64,000 nt of DNA from Camelus dromedarius (lineage: Eukaryota), in the NCBI RefSeq assembly GCF_036321535.1, contig NC_087459.1, positions 8,494,001-8,558,000 of the forward strand, written 5' to 3'. A program made the translations under genes and the position numbers. Under the pieces are notes generated by a model. The model saw only the letters and a program-made list of their open reading frames with translations, did no database searches and was not told the DNA's origin. Below are positions 11,025-22,351 of this stretch, one piece after another. The stretch's first letter is position 1; each line of letters starts with the position of its first letter.

Positions 11025-14000
11025 GCAGCCACTGAGGCTCGGATGGCAGCTGCCACTTCTCGGTCCTCTTCTTCCCTGGGATGGAGAGATCTTCAGGCTG
11101 GGCAAGGCCCAGGACTATAGCAGTGTGCAGGGGGAGGGACTGGGGAGGGGCCGGAGGCCAGGGTAACGGGGCTGGCCCACCTACGCCGGCCAGGAGAGGG
11201 CGCTGGGGAGGCAGCAGAACATGTGCCTGCCAGCCTGAGGCTCCAGCTCCCCAGACAGCACCTGGACCCAGTTCTCTGGGGCAGCATCTGGAGTCCACAG
11301 ATGCCCTGATCCAGCCTGGCCAACCCCAGCCTGAGTGTGCCTGTGTGCCCGGGCTTCAAGGCATAACTGCCCTGAACCCCCAAGTTGAGAGCCTCTCTCA
11401 CACACCCCCACCCCACAGGTTCCTCGTGTCTCTGGCTGAAAGTAGGAAAAAGAGGAGGAAATGTGCTCACTGAGGACACTGAGCAGGCCCTGTTGCCATG
11501 CTGGGGACACCAGAGACCAAAAGGCTGAAGTCCCCTGACCCCAGTGCCTGTTCCCAGCCCAGATGCCGGCTGCTGCCACCGCCTCAGGGGTGGTGCCAGG
11601 AGAACTTCAGTGGCACGTGAATCCTCCCACCTCTTGTACCTCCAGCTTCCTCGGCGGCTCTGCTGGGCTCCACGGCCGCTGGCCCGGCCTGCGCGACCCT
11701 GGCGGTTGTACCTGTCCAACTCCTCGTAGTCCTCGCCACTGACGACCCCTGCAACCAGCACACAGCCTGTCATGGGCCCGGGCAAGACCACAGCCAGTGC
11801 TCCAGCTTGGACAGCAGAAGCCTTCCCGCCCCCTACAGCACATGAGCCCTGGGGGATGGGCTCAGACACCTCTTGGGGTCCACAACAGCCCCAGACCTCT
11901 ATGGCCTGGGCACCAGGTCAGAGCAAGAATGGTGCTGGGAGAAGGGCCTGGCCCTACCAACCCCACACTCCCAGGAGGAATGCCCACACAGCAGGTGCTC
12001 AATAATCCTGACCCAGGGACGAGTCCCAGGGACCCCAGAGCAGCAGATCCAAGACACTGCGGGAGCCAGCTGGAGTGAAGAGCTCCCTGTCCCAATGTGC
12101 TCAGGTGCTCAGAGCTCCTCAATGGGCTAGCAGATGCAGGTTCAACAGGTGTGTCCCTTGTCCCCGTCGATATGTGAGGGGTCGGATCAGGACCTGGGTC
12201 TGAGGCCTCCAGAGCAGGGCTCCGCAAGGTGAGCACTGCCTCGGGGGCCAGGTGGGAGCTGTGGGAGCTCCACTCGGCAGAGGAGAGGCCTGCTCACCCT
12301 CATTCCGGCGTGAGTGCCGCGGCGCGTAGCTGAACTGCAGGTCGATCTGGCGGTTCTGGCGGGCCTCAGCACGGCTCCGGCTGTGGCAGGCTGTCCTGTG
12401 GGCCTTAAGGTCGATCTCGGTGCGGAACGCGTGGGTGAACTGCTCGGTGCTGCAACGGCCCTCTTCACACAGGAAGTGCTTCTCTCGGAAATGCTCGCGC
12501 AGATATGCGTAGTCACTGCCGGGGATGGGCTGTCAGTCGGGGCCAGGCACCGTGGCCAACGGCCTGCGCCCAGCCTGCCCAAGTGTCCAGGGCCTTGTGC
12601 TACCGCACCCACCTGTAGTAGTCCTGGGCCCCATCAGAGTCACAGAAGTGGCAGAAGTAGTGGTCGCGCCGCAGGTGCTTAAGCAGCTCATCATTGTCCA
12701 GGTAGCGCTCGTCACAGAACTTACAGAGCGGGTGGCCGCGGTGCGACGTGTCATCAGGGTCCCCTTGCATGCGGTGCCGAGCCAGGTCCTTGCGCGAGTA
12801 CCACTTGCGCTCATAGGTAAAGATCTGCAGGGAGTGGGGAAGGGCTGGGGATGGGGTGGGGGCTCCCCAGCCCCCTACCTCTCCCCACAGCCCAACACCA
12901 CCAAAGGATCCTGGTGGCATCAGCTCTGTCACAGGGCCCACAACACCAGCAGCCTGGAGGCCCCACGTAGTTACTAGGAGGCTGCCCTGCCTGGGCTGTG
13001 CAGCCTGATTGCTCACCACCCCAGGGCTCTGTGAGGCAGGAGAGCTGGGTGGGTGCTGCGAAGCCCTGGGGATCTGGCCTGGCCAGGGCCAGGGGCAGCA
13101 ACAAGCCCCTCACAGCTGTTTGCTGAGCACCCCTACGCCAGCCTCTGCAGGGCCTGGACACCATCCATCTCAGCCAGGGACTCCCTAAATGTCCCAAAGC
13201 CCCAGGCAGCTGCTGTGGAGGCAGGGTGGGGCTCACCTTGAGGTGTTTGAGGCACAGCTTGCAGCAAAACAGCTCGTGCTGCTTCCGCATGTGCTGCTCC
13301 AGGTCCCCAAAGAGGCCAAAAGGTGGCAGCTCAGGGCATCGCGGGCACTCGTGCTGCAACAGCTGCCTAGGGAGACACCAAGAGCCACCAGGACCCGAGG
13401 GCACTCAGCAATGTTATCCAGAGTGAGCACTAGACCCTCCCCATGGTCCACTGCTCCAAGGCCCTGGAGACACTCTCGGAGTGGGAGCCAGAAGACAGGC
13501 ACTCGGCTCCCCATGCACCTTGGAGCTCTGACCACTGAGTCAGATGGGGCTTGGGCCAGTGCCTGAGCTGAACAAGGCCATGTGATGGGGGTGGGACCAT
13601 GATGCAGGAGACTGACCTCTGTGTCAGATGAACATTATAACTGAGCCCACACAGGAGCCTGGGGTCAAAAGCCCAGGTTCTAGCTGAGCCAGGGGGCTGC
13701 CCTCTCACCTGGAAGATGAGGACCGGCCCCAAGACAACTGTACCACTTTACGGGGTTTTCCCACCATAGGCTAAGAGCCTGACTTGCAAGAGCTCTTGTG
13801 CACCTCCAAGAGCCCTCAGGAAGCAGGTGCTGGGTGCTACACCAGGAGGGCTTTCCCTGAATTCACCCCTTGCCCCTCATCTCTACCACCACCCCGGGAG
13901 GGGGGCGTGAGCACCCCCAGTTACAGGATAGGAGACCAGTGATGGGAATTTAGCTACCTGACCCTGATGTCTGTGCCACAGAAAGTGCCCCCACCCACCT

Positions 14001-17000
14001 GAGTGTTGTGAGGAGCACAGGAGGTGATGGGGATGTGCCCGTCCCCACCACAAAGCGCCCTGCAGACTCTCGGAATCCCAGGCCGAGGGTTCCTCTCTCA
14101 CCTGTATAAGGCAAACACTTTCCCGTCAGCAAAGTAGATGTCATACTTCTTCTCATGCTGCAGCTGGTGGATGGGGATTGTAGCAAAGGCAGGAAGCTTC
14201 CTCCCAAAGACCACCTGGAACCGAAAGTACAAGAGCATGGTGAGCGGGGCCCGGGATGTCCACTGGAGGGCGCCATCAAGCAGAAAAGAACGGGAGGCGG
14301 ACACGCCCCCTCTGCTCACCCGCAGCCCAGCCACCTAGGGTTGCCAAGACAGAGAAGCAATGCCTGGCCTCGCCGCCAGGGGGCAGCCGACTCCCCACTC
14401 ATCCACAGCAAAACTGGCACCTGCCAGAAAGAGGCTGCCCCAGGGGCAGTGACAGGGACCAGACAGCGGGGCAAACCAAACCTTAATCACATGGGTGTCA
14501 AGCACAGGATGACTTGCACTGGAAGAAAGGAGAGACACAATCCAGGAAGCAGCTAAGGAAACAATGCTGCCAGGCCAGGACCCATCAGTTGCCCATGCCT
14601 GGCCACCCTCCATCCACTCACGATACTTCCATAACACCACAGGAGAGGAACTCTCCCGCAGCACTCGGTCATGGCCCCTGGCCATTCTGGGCGGGCTGCC
14701 TGCCTGTTAACTTGGCTGTCTGGGGGCGCCAAAGGGATGAGCTGGTGAGCTGAATGCAGAAACGTCCACACCCTGGTTGCTTCTCTGGGGTCTCCAGCCC
14801 TCTCAGGTAAAGCCTGCTCTGCGCCTCCAGAGACTGTGGCAATGGACGAGGACTAGACCCCTGTCCCAGAGACCCCAGCCTGGCCCCCAGGCCTTTTTAT
14901 AGGCTCAGGCCTCCCCTCTGAGCCAACAAGGGCACTGCTCCCTCCAGGACTCCCTCATCCTCCAGCACCCCCTTTCTCTCTGTCCCACACTCCCTCACTT
15001 GGATCAAGATGACAGTCCTGTCTCCTCTCCGTGCCCCTTTCAGATCCACCACTGTCCCCCCAGCCTAAAGCAGGGCACTCATCTCAGCTCAGAGTCCTCA
15101 CCAGCACACCCAGGGGACATCCTCACCTTGGGAAAGGCCACATCAAGGACACCCCTGTTATGTTTAGGCCCAGCCAAGGAGGCTGTCTGGGACTACAATT
15201 GGCCGTGAACTTGGGAAAGCGTAAGACTGGCTGGAGAGAGTGGGTGGTCACACTGTCTCCAGCAGCAGGGTGGTTAAAACTGGCTCCCTGGGGGCCTGGG
15301 GGAGGAGACGGGGAGCTCAGCTTCCACTTCTGAGGACATGCTGTGGGGGATGGTGGTACAAAACAGGCTGACCACCAAGCCTTCCCCAGATTCTGCCCCC
15401 AAAGGAGCCCTAGGGAAGTGTCATGGTCCAGCCACACCCATTCTGGGGGCCACAGTGAGGTAGGGGTGGAGGAATGAACCCCCAACAGGCCTTTCTTCCC
15501 CTTGTCGCCATGCCTGGTAAAGCCAGGCAGCATAAACATGGCCACCGACCCCTGCCCCCTGCCCCACACTGAGCACACCTCATCCCAGCTGCACTCCTGT
15601 GACCTGTCTTCAAAGGGGAGTCTTGGCTCTGCCTCCAAAGGGTCAGCCTCCACACACTCTGCCCTGGCTTTCTCTGCAGGCCCTGAATGAACATGGGGAG
15701 GGTCCCTGGGCCTCGCACTGGCCTCTTGTCATGGGATCTGCCCTCCAAGAGCAAGCCTACACCCAGCCCTGCCTTCTGACCACTCCTAAGGGGGCTTTTC
15801 CAGCAGAAACCCCAGTTCCTGTCCAGAGATAGGTGCCTGCAGGTGCAGGGCCATGAACCACTCAGGATGCTGCTGGAGGAGCACAGAGCATAAGGAACTA
15901 AGCACTGAGACTCAGACTAACAGCCCTAGAGGGAACCCGTAAAGCTGCCAAAAAGCATCCCAGCCCAACAGACTCAGCAAAGGAACAACTTCCCCAGAGG
16001 AAACCCATGCCAGAAGGCTCCCCCCACCCCCATCACCACCTCCCCTGCTCCCCAGCTCTGGCACCCTCCTTTCAGGGGTCAGCTCTGATCCACCACAGGC
16101 AGTGTCTCCCTGGGCTGTGGGTACCCTCGCCGTGGACTGAGCGACAATCAGCTTGGGCAGGGCGTCTGTCCCTCCTGAGCGGTCTAGTGGGACAGCCCTG
16201 GCTAGGCACACCTGAGACAGGTCAGAAAGGGGAAACTGGATTGGCTTGGGAAAGGGCTGGAACCACAGAAGAGGCTTGGGAAAGGAAAGAAGCCGTGGGC
16301 ATGCAAGCTCAAAGCTGTGTGTGTTTTAGAAGGAGGGTGAGCAGGTTAGGAGCCAGGGGGCACGGAATGGGGAAATGCCAACTGCACCCACCCCTGGACA
16401 GGCTCTGGGACCAGGACTGGACCCCTCAGGCCTGCACCAGAGGCCAGGTCCAGCAACTAGCAGACGATGGATGGTACTGCAGCCTGGTGTGGCCAGTGTC
16501 CCCTGCCCCTAGCAGAGAGTGAGGTGAGTGGCAAGACTGAGTGGCCGGACAAGAATGAGGGCGTGGTGGCCTGGCCAGGGATGGGCAGGAACCCACCAGT
16601 GATCCAACCAGTGTGGCTTGAGATCCACCCACCCTGGTGATCATCCTGACGGGAGGAGATCATAGGTCCAAGGACAGAGGTACAGACCAGGCCTAGATAC
16701 TTGGGCAGTCTGGGTGGACCCCAAGATGGCCAGGCCGTGAGGCCACCCCAAGAGCCCCCTCAGACTCCCCCTGCCTAGGGGTTTCTGCCTGGGGCCCTGC
16801 TGCTCCCCATTCCCAGTATGCAGTGAGCACTCAGTGAGAATGAGTGGATGAGAGGACAGGGGTGTTAGCAATGACCAGTGCTGAGAGTGAGCTGGATGGT
16901 GAGGGTGGGCCTGGGGGAGAGGAGGGAATACAGAGTGAGCCCCCAGAGACAGCACTACCTAGAACACAGGTACAAGAAGAGCCAGAGGGGGATGAAGCAG

Positions 17001-19552
17001 GGGTAATCTTAGAGGAAGAGGGCCAGGACCAGGGTGGTGGGGAGGGAGCACGGACAATAGAAAAGCATGACCTGAGTCAGCAGGTCCCGCCTCCTGACCT
17101 GCCTTCAGCCTCCTTTCCTACTTTCTATGAAACAGGGCACTGGGGCTGCACTAGGTGGCCTGCAGTTCCCCTCCTAAGACAGACACATCCCACTTTGTAT
17201 AGCAGCCCCATCAAGCCTCTTTGGCATCACCAGGGGTCCAGACAAGGTGGAATGCTTTCAGAGGAAAGTGGCCTGTGTAAAAGGTACAACCAGGGAAGAG
17301 AGGACAGGAACCTGGGACTTGACATCAGTTTCAACCAAAGTGCCCTCAAGACCAATGCTACCACTGCCCATCAGGTGGGAGCCGCCTTGGCCTCTGCCTT
17401 GAGCACGTGCCGAGCAATTTAACTGATCTGGCTCCTCGCCTGACCAGCAGTTGCAAGGCTGCTCCCCGGGCCGGCATAGGGAGGCACTAGATCAAGATGT
17501 AGGAATTAACCAGCAGACGAAGCTGGCCTGTCCCTGGCATCCTGGCATACTTTCCTTCCAATTTTCACAAAGACTTAGTCCCATAAAGGAGGCAGAGCAG
17601 AGGCAGGCTTCAGGGGCCAGGGGTCACTGTGGGATTCCCAAGGGGGCATGGGACACAGGACGTATTCAGAGGACAGTGCAGGGCTCAACAAGGGAACAAG
17701 AGGGACAGGGGGTGCTGCAAGTTCAAGAGTGGGAGGGAAGCAGGATGAATGGGGAGGAGCATCATCTCCGCAAACTTCCCAGTACACCCTCCTGCTGTCT
17801 AGCAATTCAGGGCAGGCCCAAGAGGAAGGTCAGGCTCGGCCAGGGCACCTGATGCCAAACCACATCCCAGCTGGAGCCAGCTGACAGTTCATGTCAACAC
17901 CCCCTTGCCACAGAGCACTTGGAGGGTGTGGGACCCACAAGGAATGAGAGAGGCCAGATGCTAGCTAGAGGAGCCATATATAGGTGTCTGCTCACTTCCT
18001 GAGTGAGACCTGCAGCACCCAGGGCCAGGGACTCCACAGCGCCTGCCTGCCTGTCTGCCTTCCTGTAAGGAAACTACAGGTATGCTGGGAAACCTGGCTG
18101 TTCATTACATCATGTCATGAAAGACTAGCCGACAAGGCAGGCTCTGGCAAAGCTGGGAGGTGCCTTCTGACTAAATCACAGATCCAAGGTTTCCCCGACT
18201 GCTCCGGCACCTCTGCTCTCTCCCAGATCCGCATCCCTCTCTGTACTCCCCATGATAGACTGACAGCATCTCCAAGTGTCTTTCCAATAGTGAACAGAAT
18301 AGGTAACCACAGAGTAGTCATGGGATTACAGCATTTCCTAGGCTCTTTTAACATAAATCTGTAACAACAACAAAAGTGAAGAAACAAAGTCGTTTCTGCA
18401 TCACTTCTAGGAAGAAACTCAAGATTCCCTGGTAGATGTAACCAGCTCAAGCTTTCCATGAACAAACCAGGGGAATTTCACAACTCTAGAAGCAAACAGA
18501 TCTCAAAGCACAGCAAACCAAGGAAGCTCCAGCTAGGCGTTCCCAGCCAGCAGCTGGCATTGCGGGGAGTGAGGAAAAGCTCCCTGTTGCCCTCTGACCT
18601 CACTAGGGCTCATAGGAGTCTGGAGAGTCAGACACTGCCCCCATCCCCCAACTCTGGAGTTAAGCCCCCAGCTGGGACTGGCAAGGAAAACTTCATAACA
18701 CTTTTATCCCCACCCACCAAGCAACCAGAGGAGACCTCAGTGGTTCTGCCTTCCCTTCTGGTGGGCAGGTCAGAGTGCCACCATCACTTAATAGATGAAA
18801 AGGGCAATCTCAGAAGGAGTTTGCTCAGCGTAACCCAGGGAGGTCCAGAAATAACAGCTGGGCTGGAAAAGCTCGCTTGACCCTCTAATTCCAAGACAGA
18901 CCGCGTCTGAGGGTGCCCACTTGCCCCGTTGCCTCCACCGGAATGAAGACCCCTGAGGAATAAACTCCCAAAGACGAGCAGGTCGAGGGGTTCCTGCTCT
19001 GATCGTACCCCTTCTGTGGCCCAGCAGGAATTCCCGGGGAGCAGGAGGAAAGTCCGCGGGCTCTGTCCCCAAAGGGATCGCTACCTCTTCAAATTAGATC
19101 GGCCATCTCATGCCTCCTGGCCCCAGACGCCCCAGAGTCGGCCCTGCGGTCGGGACCCCGCCCCAAGTGGTCCCGCCATGCCTCTCTTTTGGAAGCCGGC
19201 GCCACCAGGCCTGCGGCCGGACACCAGGAAGGTAAAGTCCCCTTCCGGCCGCTGGGTTCCCTGCCGCCCCGACTGGTCGCGCCCGCGCCCCGGCGCCCCG
19301 ATGCGCGGCCCCGCCGGCGCGGCTCACCTGGCGCAGCTCCTCGCGGCACACCGCGCAGTAGCGTTGCTCACAGAGCACCCGCATCTTGGTGGAGCAGCGG
19401 CAGCACACTGGGTGGTCGCAGCGGCCCAGCGCCGTGGCCTCCAGGTCCCCGCAGCACAGCACGCAGCTCCCGCCGCCCCTCTCCGGCACCGCCGCCGCCG
19501 CCTCCTGGACCACGCGCCGCCCCTCGGGGCCCGCCGTCGCCACCGCCGCCAT
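8331..19552 (-). CDS. ZNF598: E3 ubiquitin ligase ZNF598 (ribosome-collision sensor, RING plus C2H2 fingers), 12 coding exons, 920 aa
   Basis: Exons in transcript order: 19552-19328, 14214-14102, 13366-13237, 12824-12613, 12515-12298, 11748-11631, 11075-10843, 10642-10558, 10447-9675, 9179-9029, 8922-8772, 8684-8331. All GT-AG, phases consistent, total 2763 nt. Contains RING CVLCC...CDHPVC..C...CAVC, C2H2 fingers, PPPGF motifs and the C-terminus DFPSLQAIARILT*. Confidence 0.97.
10967..11023 (-). repeat. ZNF598: Pure (CAG)19 coding repeat (polyQ19) in ZNF598 exon 7
   Basis: 19 uninterrupted CTG on the + strand, in frame, giving RASVAA-Q19-ETRRSEDQ. Confidence 0.95.
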
Positions 19553-19830
19553 GGTGCCGGCTCCGGCCCCTTCCTGGCCGGCGCGGCGCGGCGCGGCGCG
19601 GCGCGGCGCGGCCTGGCTCCCGGCGGGCCCGCCCCTTCCGGGTGACGTCACTGCCCCGCCCAGCAACGGCCCCGCCCGGCGGAAGTACGCTGCGACTTCC
19701 GCCCCAGTGAGGAGCCGGCTAGAGCGGCGCCACAGGCACTGGGCGCTCTAGCCAGAGCGGAATGCTTGGAGAGCTGCTGCTGGCCGGCCGCTAGGCGGTG
19801 TGTGTCGGGTTCCCATTTTCTCGGTCCTTT
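19000..19830 (-). promoter_or_regulatory. ZNF598: ZNF598 CpG-island promoter with CRE and ETS sites
   Basis: CpG-dense. Palindromic CRE TGACGTCA at 19643-19650, inverted ETS pair CGGAAGT (~19680) and ACTTCCG (~19696), and GC boxes. Confidence 0.8.
19580..19609. repeat. (GGCGC)6 pentanucleotide repeat in ZNF598 5'UTR
   Basis: Six perfect GGCGC units 28-57 nt upstream of the ZNF598 ATG. Confidence 0.9.
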
Positions 19831-19943
19831 GTCTCCTGCCAGCCTACCCTCCCATAACAGCGAATGTTTTAGTGTAAGTATTGCCCTAGTACTCCATGAG
19901 TGTGCTCCGTGAGTACTGTGGCATACGTACACTATATACTTAC

Positions 19944-20605
19944 AGTATGGAGGTTCCTTAAGAAACTACAAATAGACTTAACCATATGATCCAGCAGTCC
20001 CTTTCCTGGGTATATATCCAGAGGGAACTCTGATTCGAAAAGATACATGCACCCCAATGTTCATAGCAGCACTATTTACACTATGGAAACCTGAATGTCC
20101 TTCGACAGACGAGCGGATAAAGCANNNNNNNNNNNNNNNNNNNNNNNNNNNNNNNNNNNNNNNNNNNNNNNNNNNNNNNNNNNNNNNNNNNNNNNNNNNN
20201 NNNNNNNNNNNNNNNNNNNNNNNNNNNNNNNNNNNNNNNNNNNNNNNNNNNNNNNNNNNNNNNNNNNNNNNNNNNNNNNNNNNNGAACTCACTCAGAAAA
20301 CAGAAACAGACAGACATAAAAAACAAACTTATGGTTACCAGGAAGGAAAGAAGGTGGGAAGGGATAAACTGGGAGTTCAAGATTTGCAGATACAAACTAC
20401 TATATATAAAGTAGATAAACTACAAGTTTATACTGTATAGCACAGGCAATTATTATCTTGTAGTAACCTAAAATGTAAAAGAATATGAAAAGGAATATGT
20501 GTATGTATACATACGACTGAAACATTATGCTGTACACCAGAAATTGACACAACATTGTAAACTAACTATACTTCAATAAAACAAGTAAAAACAACAACAA
20601 AAAAG
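19944..20605 (+). mobile_element. 5'-truncated LINE-1 3' end (ORF2 C-terminus, 3'UTR, A-rich tail), contains the assembly gap
   Basis: Typical L1 3' sequence (cagtatggaggttcctt...ccatatgatccagca...atgttcatagcagcactatttac), then AATAAA and an A-rich tail at 20575-20605. Several CpGs are retained. Confidence 0.85.
20125..20284. other. Assembly gap (160 N)
   Basis: Run of N; ORFs reported across it are artefacts. Confidence 1.
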
Positions 20606-21623
20606 AATCCTTAGAAATTAAAAACATAACAATTAAAAGTTCAAGAGCAAAATGGAAGACAAAGTTGAAGAAATCTCTCAGCAGGCAGAACAAAAAGACA
20701 AGGTAGAAAACAGAGACAATAAGGGGGAAGGGTATAGCTCAAGTGTTAGAGCGCATGCTCAGCATGCAAGAGGTCCTGGGTCAAATCCCCAGTACCTCCT
20801 CCAAGCAGAAACAAATGAATAAACCTAATTAAAAAAACAAAACAAAAAACAGAGAAAATAAGAAGATGGAAGTTGGGATCCAGAAGGCACAATATCTAAT
20901 TAATAGAAATTTCAGAGAGAACAGAGGAAATGGAGAGGTGCAAGTTGTCAGAGCCAATAAGGCAATATATGCCAGATCTGAAGGACATGACTCTCCATAT
21001 TGAAAGGGCCCAATCAAGGGAGAGACAGCATCAGTGAGAGAGATCATCATGGAGTACCTGTGTATTGCAGATAAAACAAAGGGCCTGAAATCTTCAGGGG
21101 AAGGGAGTAAGGAGGGAGAAGAACCTGTAAGAAGGACTGAAAATCAGACTTACAATCCTAGAACACTGGAAGCTAGAAGTTCTCTCAACTTTCTGGGGGA
21201 ATATGATTTCCATCACAAATTCTATACCCAGAAAAACTTTCCATCCAGCATAAAGTCAGCAACATAAAAAGGACAAATTATTTAGCTTATGTGTTCCCAT
21301 TCAAATGATGCCTGTGCAGAGGCTTGGAGAGTGGATGTCCTAGAAAATGGATGTCCAGATTGGAGCAAGAGGCCACTGGCTTCCAGAGGGAGATCTCCAG
21401 GGTAAATATAGAACTGATTGTGGGTGATCTCCTTGTGTGCTTAAGAACCAGGAAAAGTTATTGCAAGGAGCTTGGAAAATTTAGGGTAAAATAACAAAAC
21501 AAGAATATAGAAAAACAAGCAAAGAAAAATAATAAGACAGCTATCAATGAGAAAGGAAATGTAATCATAGTACACTACTTGGCTCAGCAGAGGACACTAC
21601 ATGGTCATAATAATAGAAACACT
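20606..21623 (+). mobile_element. Old, decayed L1 ORF1/HAL1-like remnant interrupted by a SINE and an LTR
   Basis: A-rich, with ORF1-like segments (aagacaaagttgaagaaatctc; ttctatacccagaaaaactttc, resembling ILYPAKL). Subfamily cannot be assigned by eye. Confidence 0.55.
20724..20845 (+). mobile_element. tRNA-Ala-derived SINE (Vic-1-like, camelid)
   Basis: tRNA-Ala(AGC)-like head (tagctcaagtgttagagcgcatgctcagcatgc...gtcaaatcc) and A-tail. TSD aaaacagagacaataag (20707-20723) / aaaacagagaaaataag (20846-20862). Confidence 0.85.
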
Positions 21624-22033
21624 TGTGAAGGAAAAGCCCAGCTGGGCTAACGAGCTAAGTCACAAATCTAAGTGTGATAAGTGTTGGTTTACTGATCTAA
21701 GTTCTGCTGGGCTAACTCATAAATCTGAAGTTTAGTGTCAGTTTACTGGGCTAACAAGCTAACTCGTAAATCCAAGCTCAATAAGTGTCAGTAACGTGAC
21801 CTGTTCCAAATTGATAAGCTCCAGTATACTGATTCCTTGCTTTTTGTTGTTTGAACCTTATTGGCTAATAGCCCCATACTTGTAATTAACCCTATAAAAC
21901 CTCATGTGCACGTCTTGGAGGTGCTCAGAGCTTCGGAGCAGAAGCCCCTCTGAGCCCGCCGGCGTAATAAATCTGAGTACTCCAACCCTCCGAGTGGTAC
22001 TTGTTTCTTGGCTGGCCTGTCATTTCCGTAACA
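21624..22033 (+). mobile_element. Solo LTR, ERV1 class
   Basis: TG...CA termini and 4-bp TSD CACT (21620-21623 / 22034-22037). ATTGG at 21860, TATAAAA at 21893-21899, AATAAA at 21966-21971, and tandem U3 repeats. Confidence 0.85.
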
Positions 22034-22184
22034 CACTGACCAGTGACTTAACCAAAAATTATGATAAATTCATATTAGGAGGATGGAGAGATGAGAAATG
22101 AGGTGACTGGGTTGGGGGAGAGCCAAAGCTTCATCTAAATTAGGAGGAAGCTGTTTGATGGTGTCTTAAAAAACATAAATTTAG

Positions 22185-22313
22185 GGGGGAGGATATAGCT
22201 CAAGTGGTAGAGTGCATGCCTAACAAGCAAGAGGTCCTGGGTTCAATCCTCAGTATCTCTTCTAAAAATAAATCAGCAAATGAACCTAATTCCCCCCCTC
22301 CCCAATTTTTTTT
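22185..22313 (+). mobile_element. tRNA-Ala-derived SINE (Vic-1-like)
   Basis: Same head (tagctcaagtggtagag...ggttcaatcc) and tail (aaatgaacctaatt) as the copy at 20724, with an imperfect TSD. Confidence 0.85.
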
Positions 22314-22351
22314 AAAAGATAAATTTTAGAATGGTGTTTTATAATCTGAGT

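Noticed and set aside
9640-11035. Long + strand ORFs (292 aa and 432 aa, the latter with poly-Leu) antisense to ZNF598
   Set aside because: They mirror GC-rich, stop-poor coding exons and the CTG repeat, cross intron boundaries and show no recognisable domain.
16844-17422. Acidic 192-aa ORF in ZNF598 intron 1 (+ strand)
   Set aside because: The purine-rich composition resembles decayed L2/simple sequence, with no evidence of codon constraint or a promoter.
19978-20440. ORFs spanning the N run
   Set aside because: Artefacts of the assembly gap within an L1 fragment.
20724-20800. tRNA-Ala gene-like sequences (four copies)
   Set aside because: Mismatched stems, shared non-tRNA tails, A tails and TSDs identify them as SINEs.
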